Part shown: piece after piece, positions 46,637 to 55,850 of the stretch
Layout of the letters: the number at the start of each line of letters is the position of its first letter
Numbering within the stretch: position 1 is the first letter of the stretch
Origin: Thermoplasmata archaeon
GTDB lineage: Archaea > Thermoplasmatota > Thermoplasmata > Thermoplasmatales > GCA-001856825
Direction of reading: 5' to 3'
DNA: 64,000 nt
NCBI GenBank assembly: GCA_021792255.1
Contig: JAJYUZ010000002.1
Location: 245,332-309,331 of the forward strand
Translations under genes and position numbers: made by a program
The notes under the pieces: model-generated
What the model was told of the DNA's origin: nothing
Databases searched by the model: none
Seen by the model: only the letters and a program-made list of their open reading frames with translations

Positions 46637-47602
46637 TTAACTCTCGTCTTTTGCAAACTTCAGAAGTACCCTTCCGTCTCTATTTCCATATTCCGCTATT
46701 GCTTTTTCATATTCTTTGAAATCATACACTTTCCAGAGCCTACTTTTGATGCGATTCTCAGAGACCAGTTTTATCAGTTCTGTGAATTCTTTTCTGGTGC
46801 CTCCGGTCGATCCAATGATCGATCGCTCTCCCGTATACAGGTGAGCGAGATTCACTTTCACTTCTCTCCCAGTGAGTGTTCCGAAAGTAACAATCCTCCC
46901 ATTAGTTTCCAAATAATCCACGTACGGCTCCCAAGCCTCGGCACCCATTGAATTGACTATCACATCCACTTTCTCCTGCTTCCATTCAGATGCATTGGTT
47001 TCAGCGACCCATTTCTTTCTAGAGACGTAGTATACTGTTGCACCCATCAGTTTTCCAAGGACGACGGAATACCATCCAGTATTTCCAGATGCACCAATTA
47101 CCAGCAGTTTTTCACCGCTCTTCACACCTACCCTCTTGAGTGCGTGATAAGCGGTCAGGCCACCCACCGGGATCGAAACTGCATCCTCAAAGCTCAAGGA
47201 ATCGGGGAGAAGTTCCAGATGAGCTTCGTCAGTTCCATAGAATTCAGAAAATCCTCCATTTTCTCCCACCCCCAAAACTCCTCCAGTCTTGCATAGCTCC
47301 TCCATTCCAGATCTGCATCTTTCACACGTTCCATCATAGATTCGAGGATAGATCAGAACCCTATCACCGACCTTGAATTTCTTGGATGAGGAAACACTCT
47401 TTACAACTCCAACGAACTCTGCTCCTGGTATATGGGGATATGGAGCTATGTTGTAGTTCACCTTACCAAGTATTACATTTATGTCCACCGGGTTCAAGCC
47501 AGCGTAAACGACCTTTACTACCACTGGACTCTTTGGGTTCTCTACCTCCTCTACCTTCGTATTCTCTAGTCCTCCGGGTCTCCTTAGCAATAATGCCTTC
47601 AC
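46637..47602 (-). CDS. medium-chain (zinc-type) alcohol dehydrogenase / quinone oxidoreductase family protein
   Basis: GroES-like N-terminus with HIPGAEFVG, structural-zinc-like CERCRSGMEELC, and the Rossmann motif VIGASGNTG. Confidence 0.8.
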   Translation of the reverse strand: MKALLLRRPGGLENTKVEEVENPKSPVVVKVVYAGLNPVDINVILGKVNYNIAPYPHIPGAEFVGVVKSVSSSKKFKVGDRVLIYPRIYDGTCERCRSGMEELCKTGGVLGVGENGGFSEFYGTDEAHLELLPDSLSFEDAVSIPVGGLTAYHALKRVGVKSGEKLLVIGASGNTGWYSVVLGKLMGATVYYVSRKKWVAETNASEWKQEKVDVIVNSMGAEAWEPYVDYLETNGRIVTFGTLTGREVKVNLAHLYTGERSIIGSTGGTRKEFTELIKLVSENRIKSRLWKVYDFKEYEKAIAEYGNRDGRVLLKFAKDES

Positions 47603-47759
47603 CGTTTTTTATCAAATTGTGGTTAATTAGACCTTTGCTGTGAGAGAGTGTTCGAAAGAATAGAACCCAGGTAGCTACCAAAAGCTCCCAAGACTGCAGG
47701 AGCCTAATTTATAATTAGCACATCAGCAAAAACTTAAACCATGGAGACATTAACTTTTC

Positions 47760-49085
47760 ATGGTATATGACGCACAAGAAATCATCAAGATTTCAGAGCA
47801 AAAGGATTTGAAATATTTTTATCTCCAGTTCACAGATATTCGCGGGACACCAAAGTCAGTCATGCTTCCAAGAAACAGGTTAGAAAAAATCCTGGAGGAG
47901 GGAGTGCTTTTTGATGGCTCTTCAATCCTTGGTTATGCCACAATTGAAGAAAGTGACATGAGGGCGTTTCCGGATTACTCCTCCTTTGAAATTCTACCTT
48001 GGGCTGTAGATGGAGGTAGGGCTGCCAGATTCGTGTGTTCAATAATGAAACCAGATGGAACTCCCTTTAAAGGGGATCCGCGTTACATCCTCCAGCAACA
48101 ACTCTCGAGAATAGAAAAGAAGGGGATGCAATTCTTTGTCGGCCCCGAGTTTGAGTTTTTTTTGCTAGAGCAAAAGGATGGGAAGTACCAGCCACACGAT
48201 ACGGGAGGCTACTTCACGTTCGGTCCTCTCGACAAGGGAGAAATAGTGAAGAAGGAGATACTCAATTATCTGGATTTCTTGGGTTACATGCCAGAGGCAG
48301 CCCATCACGAAGTATCTCCAGGGCAACACGAAATAGATTTGAGATACGCTCCAGCTCTTTTTATGGCCGATAGAATCATAACGATGAGAACAGCAATAAA
48401 GACGGTAGCGGCAAGATTCGGTCTCTATGCTACTTTTATGCCCAAACCGTTCTTTGGCATAAATGGCACTGGAATGCATATACATCAAAGCTTGATGACA
48501 TCTTCAGAAGATCAGAACTTCTTCTGGGATGAAAAAGACAAGAACGGGCTGTCTGAAATGGCGTACCATTATCTCGCGGGTGTGCTTTCTCACGCGGTTG
48601 AACTCTCACCGATATTTGCCTCTTGGGTAAACTCCTACAAGAGATTGGTGCCAGGGTATGAGGCCCCAGTCTACATAGCGTGGGGCACTAAGAACAGATC
48701 TGCGCTCATAAGAATTCCTGCAGGCGACAAGATCAAGAAGCGTTTCGAATTCAGGGCTCCTGACTCAGCGGGAAATCCGTACCTGCAGTTTGCCACTATA
48801 CTGGCAGCCGGACTGGATGGCATAGAGAAGAAGAAAGAATGCCCGGATCCGACCGAGCTGGACATCTTCCACCTTTCACAGAAACAGAGAGATTCGATGG
48901 GAATTGGCTCGCTGCCTGAATCTCTGGGAGAGGCGCTTCATCATCTTAGAAATAGCGAATTCATGAGGGAAGTGCTGGGAGAACATATCTACAACAATTT
49001 CCTTTACATAAAACAGAAAGAGTGGGACGAATTCAGGTCGTACGTGACCGACTGGGAGATCAACAATCTGCTCCCCATCCTTTGA
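47760..49085 (+). CDS. glnA: glutamine synthetase type I
   Basis: FTDIRG, GPEFEFF, HHEVSPGQHEI, KPFFGINGTGMHIH, NSYKRLVPGYEAP and RFEFRAPD. Confidence 0.95.
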   Translation: MVYDAQEIIKISEQKDLKYFYLQFTDIRGTPKSVMLPRNRLEKILEEGVLFDGSSILGYATIEESDMRAFPDYSSFEILPWAVDGGRAARFVCSIMKPDGTPFKGDPRYILQQQLSRIEKKGMQFFVGPEFEFFLLEQKDGKYQPHDTGGYFTFGPLDKGEIVKKEILNYLDFLGYMPEAAHHEVSPGQHEIDLRYAPALFMADRIITMRTAIKTVAARFGLYATFMPKPFFGINGTGMHIHQSLMTSSEDQNFFWDEKDKNGLSEMAYHYLAGVLSHAVELSPIFASWVNSYKRLVPGYEAPVYIAWGTKNRSALIRIPAGDKIKKRFEFRAPDSAGNPYLQFATILAAGLDGIEKKKECPDPTELDIFHLSQKQRDSMGIGSLPESLGEALHHLRNSEFMREVLGEHIYNNFLYIKQKEWDEFRSYVTDWEINNLLPIL

Positions 49086-49134
49086 AGTCTTCGGGGAGTA
49101 GTTAACATTAATATCCTTCATAAATTCAGATTGA

Positions 49135-49207
49135 GGGCTCGTGGTCTAGCGGCTATGACGTCGCCCTTACAAGGCGGAGACCGCCGGTTCGAATCCGGCC
49201 GGGCCCA
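49135..49207 (+). tRNA. tRNA-Val (anticodon UAC)
   Basis: GGGCUCGUGGUCUAGCGGCUAUGACGUCGCCCUUACAAGGCGGAGACCGCCGGUUCGAAUCCGGCCGGGCCCA. A cloverleaf was folded by hand. The anticodon loop is CU-UAC-AA and the T-loop is UUCGAAU. Confidence 0.9.
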
Positions 49208-49520
49208 TCTGTCATTTGATGATTGAAACTCCGGACCATAGCAAGAGACGAATGACTTACCAAGTCCAATTAGTCCTTTCAGTCTTTGTTGGGCCTGAAA
49301 TCCCGAGCACACAGTCGAGTGCAATAGATTCCCGTTAGAAAGAGCCGTACTAAGACGGACGAGGGGGAACTGCAAACTTACGATGCCTCTCTGGCTATCG
49401 ACGTGATCTGATTTTGCATGGAGAATTCTCGACCTATCTTTTTTCTTAAAACTCGTTATTTGTCTCCAAATTAGCTACTAATCACACTATTTGACGGTTT
49501 CAAAAACCTTCCAGCCTATC

Positions 49521-49743
49521 TTATTCTTCTTTGTCTTTTTGACTTCCCATCACTGATGGCAGGGGTAACTTCGTTCCTATTATGATCTTTCTTACCCTTT
49601 CTGGATCTCCCTTCGTCTTGAGCAGTGTTTCTTTTGCCGTCTGCCACAACTCACCCTTGCTTGTGGGACAGAAGTTTGGAAGTTCCTGATATTTCAGTGC
49701 GTCTCATATCCACTCATCGGGATTGAGTTCAGGGGAATATACA
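49521..49743 (-). pseudogene. IS630/Tc1-mariner-like transposase C-terminal remnant
   Basis: Minus-strand translation gives YSPELNPDEWI*DALKYQELPNFCPTSKGELWQTAKETLLKTKGDPERVRKIIIGTKLPLPSVMG. The YSPELNP-E motif is the last acidic residue region of DDE(D) transposases. There is an in-frame TGA where Trp is expected, and the N-terminal two thirds are missing. Confidence 0.6.
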
Positions 49744-49885
49744 GGAATTAGCCAATTTCTGTCCAACAAGTGAAGAAGAACTTACAACAGCTGTCACAAA
49801 CACGATGACCAAGCTGAAGAATGATCCTGAGAGGATCAGGAGGGCAATAAGGGGATCGAAACTTCCTCTACCTGCCTTAACGTGA
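49739..49885 (+). pseudogene. second, inverted C-terminal fragment of an IS630-like transposase
   Basis: IQELANFCPTSEEELTTAVTNTMTKLKNDPERIRRAIRGSKLPLPALT* parallels the last ~48 aa of the minus-strand remnant, head to head with it. Confidence 0.5.
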
Positions 49886-49997
49886 ATAGATTAAACCAAA
49901 GTGGAACAATATGAGATTGCCTATTACAAGTAGTTTGTCTTTAAGATTTCAATTACGCTTTCAGTCTTAACACAGTTTTCTTTCCCTATAAAATCAG

Positions 49998-50294
49998 TTA
50001 ATAATGATAGACCCTGATTGAGATCATTGCAAGAAGGATTATCGTTACCAGAATCAGAGTCAGGGTAAGTATACCCACAGTGTGAAGATGCCTGCTCTTC
50101 CTTAATAAAAAATAAAGCATAAAGAACATTATAGCGATGATCAATAAACCTACTACTTCAATATTTAAGTACCCTTGGTTACCAGAGAAAGGGAGTATAA
50201 ATAGTGAAGAAGCTACAACCCAAGCTAGAATAGAGAAAATAGGGTAGAAAAGGAAAAAAATCTTACGATTTCCAGCCGAAGAGTTTCTGTACAT
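49998..50294 (-). CDS. small membrane protein coupled to a G1 peptidase gene
   Basis: 98-aa ORF with 3 TM segments, starting 6 nt after the protease stop codon. No family recognised. Confidence 0.5.
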   Translation of the reverse strand: MYRNSSAGNRKIFFLFYPIFSILAWVVASSLFILPFSGNQGYLNIEVVGLLIIAIMFFMLYFLLRKSRHLHTVGILTLTLILVTIILLAMISIRVYHY

Positions 50295-50300
50295 GATAAC

Positions 50301-51521
50301 CTATCCATTTACGTACGTCCAGTTGTAATAGGAATTTGACCATGTGACTTCTGGGTAATTTCCATTATCGCTTATCCATCCTTCCTGTGTATTGTAATCG
50401 TTGTTAGAGTTTTGAAGAAGGGTGTATTGATTATAGTATCCAGTCGTATAAAGCGTCCAGAGACTTGATCCTGCTGAGTTTTGGAGGAAATATCCAGAGG
50501 ACAGGAACTCCGATTCTGAAAACTCTGGGATCTGCACTATCCAGGTTTTAAGGTCTTGTGTTATTGTTGGCGCTTCAGTAATGAACTCAATATAGTAGGG
50601 TACAAACGTAGGGTCGCTGGAAGACGTACTGACCGCGTACTCCGTACTTGTATTGTAGATGTAAGCCTCAAATTCAAACCCAGGATTGCCATAGAATACG
50701 TAGAAGTTTATATCCCATCCCGGGTTCAGATTGGGCGCACCTGGGTAATTGTACGAAGCTGCAGGATAATCTTCGTACCATATGTAGTAAGGACCCCATG
50801 ACGGCCCCTCAAAAAGGTTTCCGAAATAGTTTCTTTCGTACCAAGTTTGAGCTAGCCCTGTAACTCCGTTTCCATTTCCTCCCGGTCCTGGTGCCAATGA
50901 GTCCCATGTCGCATCAGACTCGTAATTGTTATTCGGGTTTTGGCCGGTGGGGGGAGATTCTATCGTAGAAACTGGTGTTTCTGCGTACACATAAGAGATT
51001 GCTTCATGCGATGGGTCATAGAATTCCCATCCGGACCAGTTTGTTGACGTGCTTGTATACTGATATGTTTCGTGAAAGAAGCTGACGTTCGCAGATTTGG
51101 CCAACCAGCCTTGATTGCTTGCACCCCATTCGAGTTCCATTATTGTCCCATTATGAACACTGACCAGTCTAACATAAACTGATAGATTACTGTCGCTGAA
51201 GTTGTAGGAAATTCCCCACTGAAAATTCGTAGTTAAATTCCTGTTGTTGTAATTGTTTAGGAAGGAAGAATTAAGCAAAGTCGAAGTTGTAGAAACTACT
51301 TCCGAGTACAGTGTTCGATTGTCGAGATTAATTCCTAATCTACTGGCTTGTGTTGTAATAGCGCCCACATTATTTTCAATTTGGTGATTGCCTAGCAAGG
51401 CAGTCACGCCAACAGAAGTTTCCTGCGCGTGAGTGACAGAGGCAACGGAAGCAGAAAAAATAAAAATCAGTGCTAAGACAAAGACTAAAAGCATCCTTAG
51501 CAACTTAATCATAACTAACAA
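50301..51521 (-). CDS. secreted glutamic peptidase, family G1 (eqolisin-like)
   Basis: Signal/TM segment LRMLLVFVLALIFIFSASVA. The G1 landmarks are STNWSGWEF, GLAQTWYE (Gln position), YYIWYEDYP, YYIEFITEAP (Glu position) and IPEFSESEF. The C-terminal region resembles the 34082 gene product (YYNQYTLLQNS... versus YYNKYILNQS...). Confidence 0.7.
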   Translation of the reverse strand: MLVMIKLLRMLLVFVLALIFIFSASVASVTHAQETSVGVTALLGNHQIENNVGAITTQASRLGINLDNRTLYSEVVSTTSTLLNSSFLNNYNNRNLTTNFQWGISYNFSDSNLSVYVRLVSVHNGTIMELEWGASNQGWLAKSANVSFFHETYQYTSTSTNWSGWEFYDPSHEAISYVYAETPVSTIESPPTGQNPNNNYESDATWDSLAPGPGGNGNGVTGLAQTWYERNYFGNLFEGPSWGPYYIWYEDYPAASYNYPGAPNLNPGWDINFYVFYGNPGFEFEAYIYNTSTEYAVSTSSSDPTFVPYYIEFITEAPTITQDLKTWIVQIPEFSESEFLSSGYFLQNSAGSSLWTLYTTGYYNQYTLLQNSNNDYNTQEGWISDNGNYPEVTWSNSYYNWTYVNG

Positions 51522-51583
51522 TTTCTAACAAACTAATGAATCTGTCGGACTTCTGCCATAGCGGGTTAAAAGACGCCTGAATT

Positions 51584-52503
51584 GTGAAGAAATTAAACAA
51601 AAGTGGAATAGATACGATAGAGAAGAGAGATAAAAAAAAGTTTGGAGCAAGTACAATCCGTCACTCGTCAGGAGGATAGACATCCTCACGGACACATCTT
51701 TCCTTGATTCCTGGAACGATGACGTAGAGAGGGAGAACGATGGCAAGGTAGGCCACCCTTATGAATATCCGAAAGAATTCTTCGTCTTCCTCTCGAAGGC
51801 GAGGGAACTGTGGAACATCCCGTTCAGGGAGCTGGAGGGGTTCGTGAGGAAATTGTCAGAACTCACTGGGAAGTTCAAGCCGTTGAGCTACGTCGCCATA
51901 TTCCAGCGCATAAGGGGTATCCCCATTTCAGGTATGATAGAGGAGATCAACGGTTCCTCAAGGGACGGGATGACCGTTATAATCGACTCCTCCGGGTTGA
52001 AGATCACACAGAGGGGCGATTGGCTGACCAACAAGTGGCATACGAAGAGGAAAGGGTGGCTGAAGATTCACGTCGCTATAGATGCGGAGAGGATGAACGT
52101 CGTCTCACTCACGGTAAGTAAGGAGTTTGCACATGACACGAAGGAGTTCCGCAAACTCCTCTACCCTGTGGCGGGTAGAGCATCGTCAGTCTACGGGGAT
52201 GGAGCGTACGGCAGCAGGGGAATCGGGGCGGTGATACCACCACGCAGCGGTTCAAGGTCGCTCTCCAGGAGTGGAGGTCCGGCAAGAGGCAGGGTGGTGA
52301 GGCGCATCAGGAAGATCGGTCTTGAAGAGTGGAAGAAGGAGGTGCAGTACGGCAAGAGGTGGAGGGTGGAAATATTCTTCTCAGCCTTAAAGCGCACCGT
52401 TGGAGAGATCATAATGGCAAACAAGCTGGTCTACCAGATACAGGAAGCTGTGATGAAGATATACGCATATTTCCTGATGAAAAAGAACACCGTGGTGAGT
52501 TGA
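51584..52503 (+). mobile_element. IS5-family-like DDE transposase gene, interrupted at or slipping on an A8G run
   Basis: The main frame is open from 51634 and reads WSKYNPSLVRR...GHPYEYPKEFFVFL...PFRELEGF...IIDSSGLKI...GWLKIHVAID...VYGDGAYGS...YGKRWRVEIFFSALKR. It has no start codon before the GTG at 51844. A short ORF starting at GTG 51584 (VKKLNKSGIDTIEKRDKKK) ends in the run AAAAAAAAG (51632-51640), and a -1 shift there joins it to the main frame. The ends of the element are not defined. Confidence 0.6.
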
Positions 52504-52588
52504 GTTGATTGTCATTTACAATTGCTTAACACACTTTTTCTATGCATAAAGTTAATAATTATTATTTGAATAAGACGGAGCGATTAAT

Positions 52589-52975
52589 ATGGTCTCAAAA
52601 AGAACCATGAGGTATCAGAACAAGAACAGGAATTTGAATGAGCTCTCACAGCAGATAGAACAACAACTACAGAGCGAAAGGTACAAAGTTCAATCGAAGC
52701 AGCTCCCGACCGGTAACGTGATCCAAGCCCAGAAGGCAGGTATCCTGCGAGACATAATAACCGCAGATAGGGCATTTACAATAGCGCTTGAGGGTCAGCC
52801 AGACGATTTCACCGTGACAGTCGGAATCGGGAAATTCATCCAGAATATAGCGGTTGCAGCCGTGGAAGCGATTTTACTTTCCGAGCTATTTCTTGTGGTC
52901 GATGTACCAGAAATGTTGTGGACGGAACACGTGGAAAAAGGAATAATAAAAGAAATAAACACAATCGTTGGATGA
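52589..52975 (+). CDS. hypothetical protein
   Basis: 128-aa ORF with a polar N-half and a hydrophobic C-terminal segment. No family recognised. Confidence 0.4.
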   Translation: MVSKRTMRYQNKNRNLNELSQQIEQQLQSERYKVQSKQLPTGNVIQAQKAGILRDIITADRAFTIALEGQPDDFTVTVGIGKFIQNIAVAAVEAILLSELFLVVDVPEMLWTEHVEKGIIKEINTIVG

Positions 52976-53075
52976 AAAGCCTATAAGCACTCAATCATGA
53001 AATGCTTGAAGGATCCGGTCTCAAGAATATAAACAAGAGTCCAATGGAGCTATTCAGGAAAGCGCAAATTAATTT

Positions 53076-53309
53076 ATGGAAGGTCATTATACCCCTCAAA
53101 TGAAGTTCACCGGAAACTACGTAATGCAGTACCTATCATTCGCCCTTTTACTAGGTGCAGTAGCGTTCTATGTTGGATGGTCTATAGCGTACGGTGACTG
53201 GAACGATATTGGATTGTATTCAGTTTCTGTAATACTGATACTCTTTGGAATACTGGGAACAGCTCTGTTTCATTTTAAGATAAAGCAAGAGGAATCGAAC
53301 TTAAAATAG
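53076..53309 (+). CDS. small 2-TM membrane protein
   Basis: 77-aa ORF with two clear TM helices. No family recognised. Confidence 0.35.
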   Translation: MEGHYTPQMKFTGNYVMQYLSFALLLGAVAFYVGWSIAYGDWNDIGLYSVSVILILFGILGTALFHFKIKQEESNLK

Positions 53310-53415
53310 ATAAGAGCACTAGCAGATGTACAAGTTTCATCGACAATACGCTGGTAAGACTGGAACATAATATTTTTTATTCAAGACTTGCTCAAGTAAG
53401 AAAAGCGGTGGTTCC

Positions 53416-54864
53416 TTGGAGACAGAGCAAAAAAAATATTTACTCACAGCAAAGAAGAGCGAAAACATCACAGACTGGTACACACAGGTGATAGTCAACT
53501 CCGAGTTTGTCGATTATAGTGCTGTATCGGGTATGATGGTCTATCGGCCGGACTCCTATTTTGCATGGGACACGATAAAGGAGGCCACTGACAAATTGTT
53601 CAAGGAAGCGGGGGTGCAGGACGTGTACTTCCCGCTGTTCATCCCAGAACGTTTTCTGATGAAGGAAAGCGAGCACGTCAAGGGATTCTCACCAGAAGTA
53701 GCATGGATTACCCACGCAGGGCAGTCTCAGCTTTCGGAGCGCCTAGCAGTCCGCCCAACTTCGGAGACAATAATGTACGACAGTTTCTCCAGATGGATTC
53801 GTTCTTGGAGAGACCTCCCTATAAAGTTCAATATATGGGCAAGTGTGGTTCGCTGGGAATTCAAGCACCCTACCCCGCTGCTCAGGAGCAGAGAATTTCT
53901 GTGGAACGAGGGACACAGCGCATTTGCCACGCTCGAGGAGGCAGAAGCAGAGCGTAAAATAATTCTCGATATCTATGAGAAGATTTTGCGTGAATATCTT
54001 GCCATTCCTGGAATAAGAGGGAGAAAGACGGACAACGAGAAGTTTGCAGGCGCTGTAGCGTCTTACAGTATAGAACACCTCATGCCAGATGGCTGGGTAC
54101 TTCAGGGACCGGATCACCATAGCGATGGTCAGAACTTTGCGAGAGCGTTTGACATAAGATTCATAGACAAAGATGGACAGAGGAAGTACGTTTATCAGAA
54201 CACCTATGCCATAAGTACGAGAGAACTCGGTGCTATGGTGCTTACGCACGGAGACGACAAGGGGCTCGTACTGCCGCCAAAGCTTGCAAGGATACAGATC
54301 GTACTTGTGCCAATATACAACGACTTGAAGAAGGAAGAAGTCCTGAGATATTCCAGATCTGTGTACGAGTCGTTAAGGAGCAATTTCCGCACGTATCTAG
54401 ATGATCGCGATGAATACTCTCCAGGATGGAAGTACAATGAATGGGAGTTCAAGGGTGTACCAGTGCGCTTAGAGATTGGACAACGTGAGGTAGATTCAAA
54501 TTCCGTGACTACCGTGCGCCGTGACACTGGAAGGAAAGAGGGCATGAAACTTGAACAACTTAGAGATTCCCTGGTTTCACTTCTGGAAGACATACACACA
54601 AATCTGTACACTAGAGCCTTGAAATTCCTCGAGTCCCACACATTTGCCGTTAAGAGTTATGAACAACTGAAGAAGTTGGTTGGCAACGGTATCGCGCAGG
54701 CACCCTGGTGTGGATCATATGAATGTGAGGCAAAGATCAACGAAGAGACTGGCGCAAAGATAACAAATCTTCCCTCAAGTGAGGAGGAGAATGTCAAGGG
54801 ACAAATGTGCATTTACTGCGGAAAAGAGGCGAAGTATATCGCTAATTTTGCTAGATCATACTAG
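53416..54864 (+). CDS. proS: proline-tRNA ligase (archaeal/eukaryal type)
   Basis: Class II motifs FSPEVAWIT, RPTSET and VVRWEF, the anticodon-binding region, and the Zn-binding C-terminal domain ending in Tyr (CGSYECE...CIYCGK...ARSY). TTG start. Confidence 0.95.
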   Translation: METEQKKYLLTAKKSENITDWYTQVIVNSEFVDYSAVSGMMVYRPDSYFAWDTIKEATDKLFKEAGVQDVYFPLFIPERFLMKESEHVKGFSPEVAWITHAGQSQLSERLAVRPTSETIMYDSFSRWIRSWRDLPIKFNIWASVVRWEFKHPTPLLRSREFLWNEGHSAFATLEEAEAERKIILDIYEKILREYLAIPGIRGRKTDNEKFAGAVASYSIEHLMPDGWVLQGPDHHSDGQNFARAFDIRFIDKDGQRKYVYQNTYAISTRELGAMVLTHGDDKGLVLPPKLARIQIVLVPIYNDLKKEEVLRYSRSVYESLRSNFRTYLDDRDEYSPGWKYNEWEFKGVPVRLEIGQREVDSNSVTTVRRDTGRKEGMKLEQLRDSLVSLLEDIHTNLYTRALKFLESHTFAVKSYEQLKKLVGNGIAQAPWCGSYECEAKINEETGAKITNLPSSEEENVKGQMCIYCGKEAKYIANFARSY

Positions 54865-55077
54865 CGTATCGGAAAAGGCGCCTTGGTAGAAATCAGCAAG
54901 AGAACCAAACTCGCAAAGACGGTACCCTCTTAGACTTAATACTCTCGTACTGAAGAGGAATAAGGTGGACTGTCGATTGGGGCTCTCACCGGTAATGATC
55001 TCTAATATTCCGCAGCAAAGCTTTCTTTAAACCAAATTGAATAGCACTGTCTGCGTTTGGGAAAAGGTGTGCGAGGT

Positions 55078-55848
55078 CTAATCGGCCTCGCTCAGAAAAT
55101 CCTTTACTTCTTCTATTTTTGATTCAAAGAACTCAGTTCCAGTTCCCTTTGCGACAAATTTTCCGTCGTAGATCAAGTTCGTATAATCCGATACCTTCCT
55201 CGTGAGATTCATGTCGTGAGTGACCAGTACGACGGTGTACTTCTGTTTCAGAGACCTTATCAAATCAACGATCTTTCCTTTAGCTATAGGATCAAGGGCA
55301 CTCGTAGGTTCGTCAAGCATCAGTACCTTTGGTCTTAGCACTAGGGCTCTTGCAATGCACAATCTCTGTTGCTGTCCTCCCGATAGAGATGTTCCCATCT
55401 GTTTCAAGTTTCCCCCCAGTTCCTCGTAAAGATCTGCGTCCTCTAAGGCTTGAACTATAACCTTGTCCATTTCCTCCCTCTTCAGTTTCTTACCCTGGAT
55501 CCTCAGTCCGAAGGCTACATTGTCATATACCGACATTGGAAAGGGATTTGGTTTCTGGAATACCAGACCTATCTCCCTTCTCAACTCTACAGGATCGAAG
55601 TCCCTGATGTTTCTTTTTTCGAAGAGAATATCTCCGGTGACTTCCATAGCAGGATCCATCTCAAGGAGCCTGTTAAGAGACCTCAACAAAGTGCTCTTTC
55701 CGCTCCCAGACGGACCAACAATGGTGTTAACGTTGTTTCTGAATATGTTTAGATCCACTCTGTCAAGTATCACCTTGTTCTTTGTCTTAATCTTCAGTTT
55801 CTCTATCTCAATTACTTTCTCAACTTTTTCGACACTTTTTTCTTCCAT
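55078..55848 (-). CDS. pstB: phosphate ABC transporter ATP-binding protein
   Basis: Walker A is GPSGSGKST. PstB-typical VFQKPNPFPMSVYDNV, the signature LSGGQQQRL, and Walker B LMLDEPTSALD. Confidence 0.95.
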   Translation of the reverse strand: MEEKSVEKVEKVIEIEKLKIKTKNKVILDRVDLNIFRNNVNTIVGPSGSGKSTLLRSLNRLLEMDPAMEVTGDILFEKRNIRDFDPVELRREIGLVFQKPNPFPMSVYDNVAFGLRIQGKKLKREEMDKVIVQALEDADLYEELGGNLKQMGTSLSGGQQQRLCIARALVLRPKVLMLDEPTSALDPIAKGKIVDLIRSLKQKYTVVLVTHDMNLTRKVSDYTNLIYDGKFVAKGTGTEFFESKIEEVKDFLSEAD

Positions 55849-55850
55849 CT

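Noticed and set aside
49118-49375. 85-aa minus-strand ORF, and likewise the 64-aa plus-strand ORF at 26190..26384.
   Set aside because: Each overlaps a tRNA gene (tRNA-Val and tRNA-Pro respectively). Their sequences reflect the tRNA, not a coding region.
52504-52590. Search for a right-hand inverted repeat matching the left end of the IS5-like element.
   Set aside because: Only a weak CACTTTT match was found. The termini of the element cannot be defined from this single copy, so no IR feature is reported.
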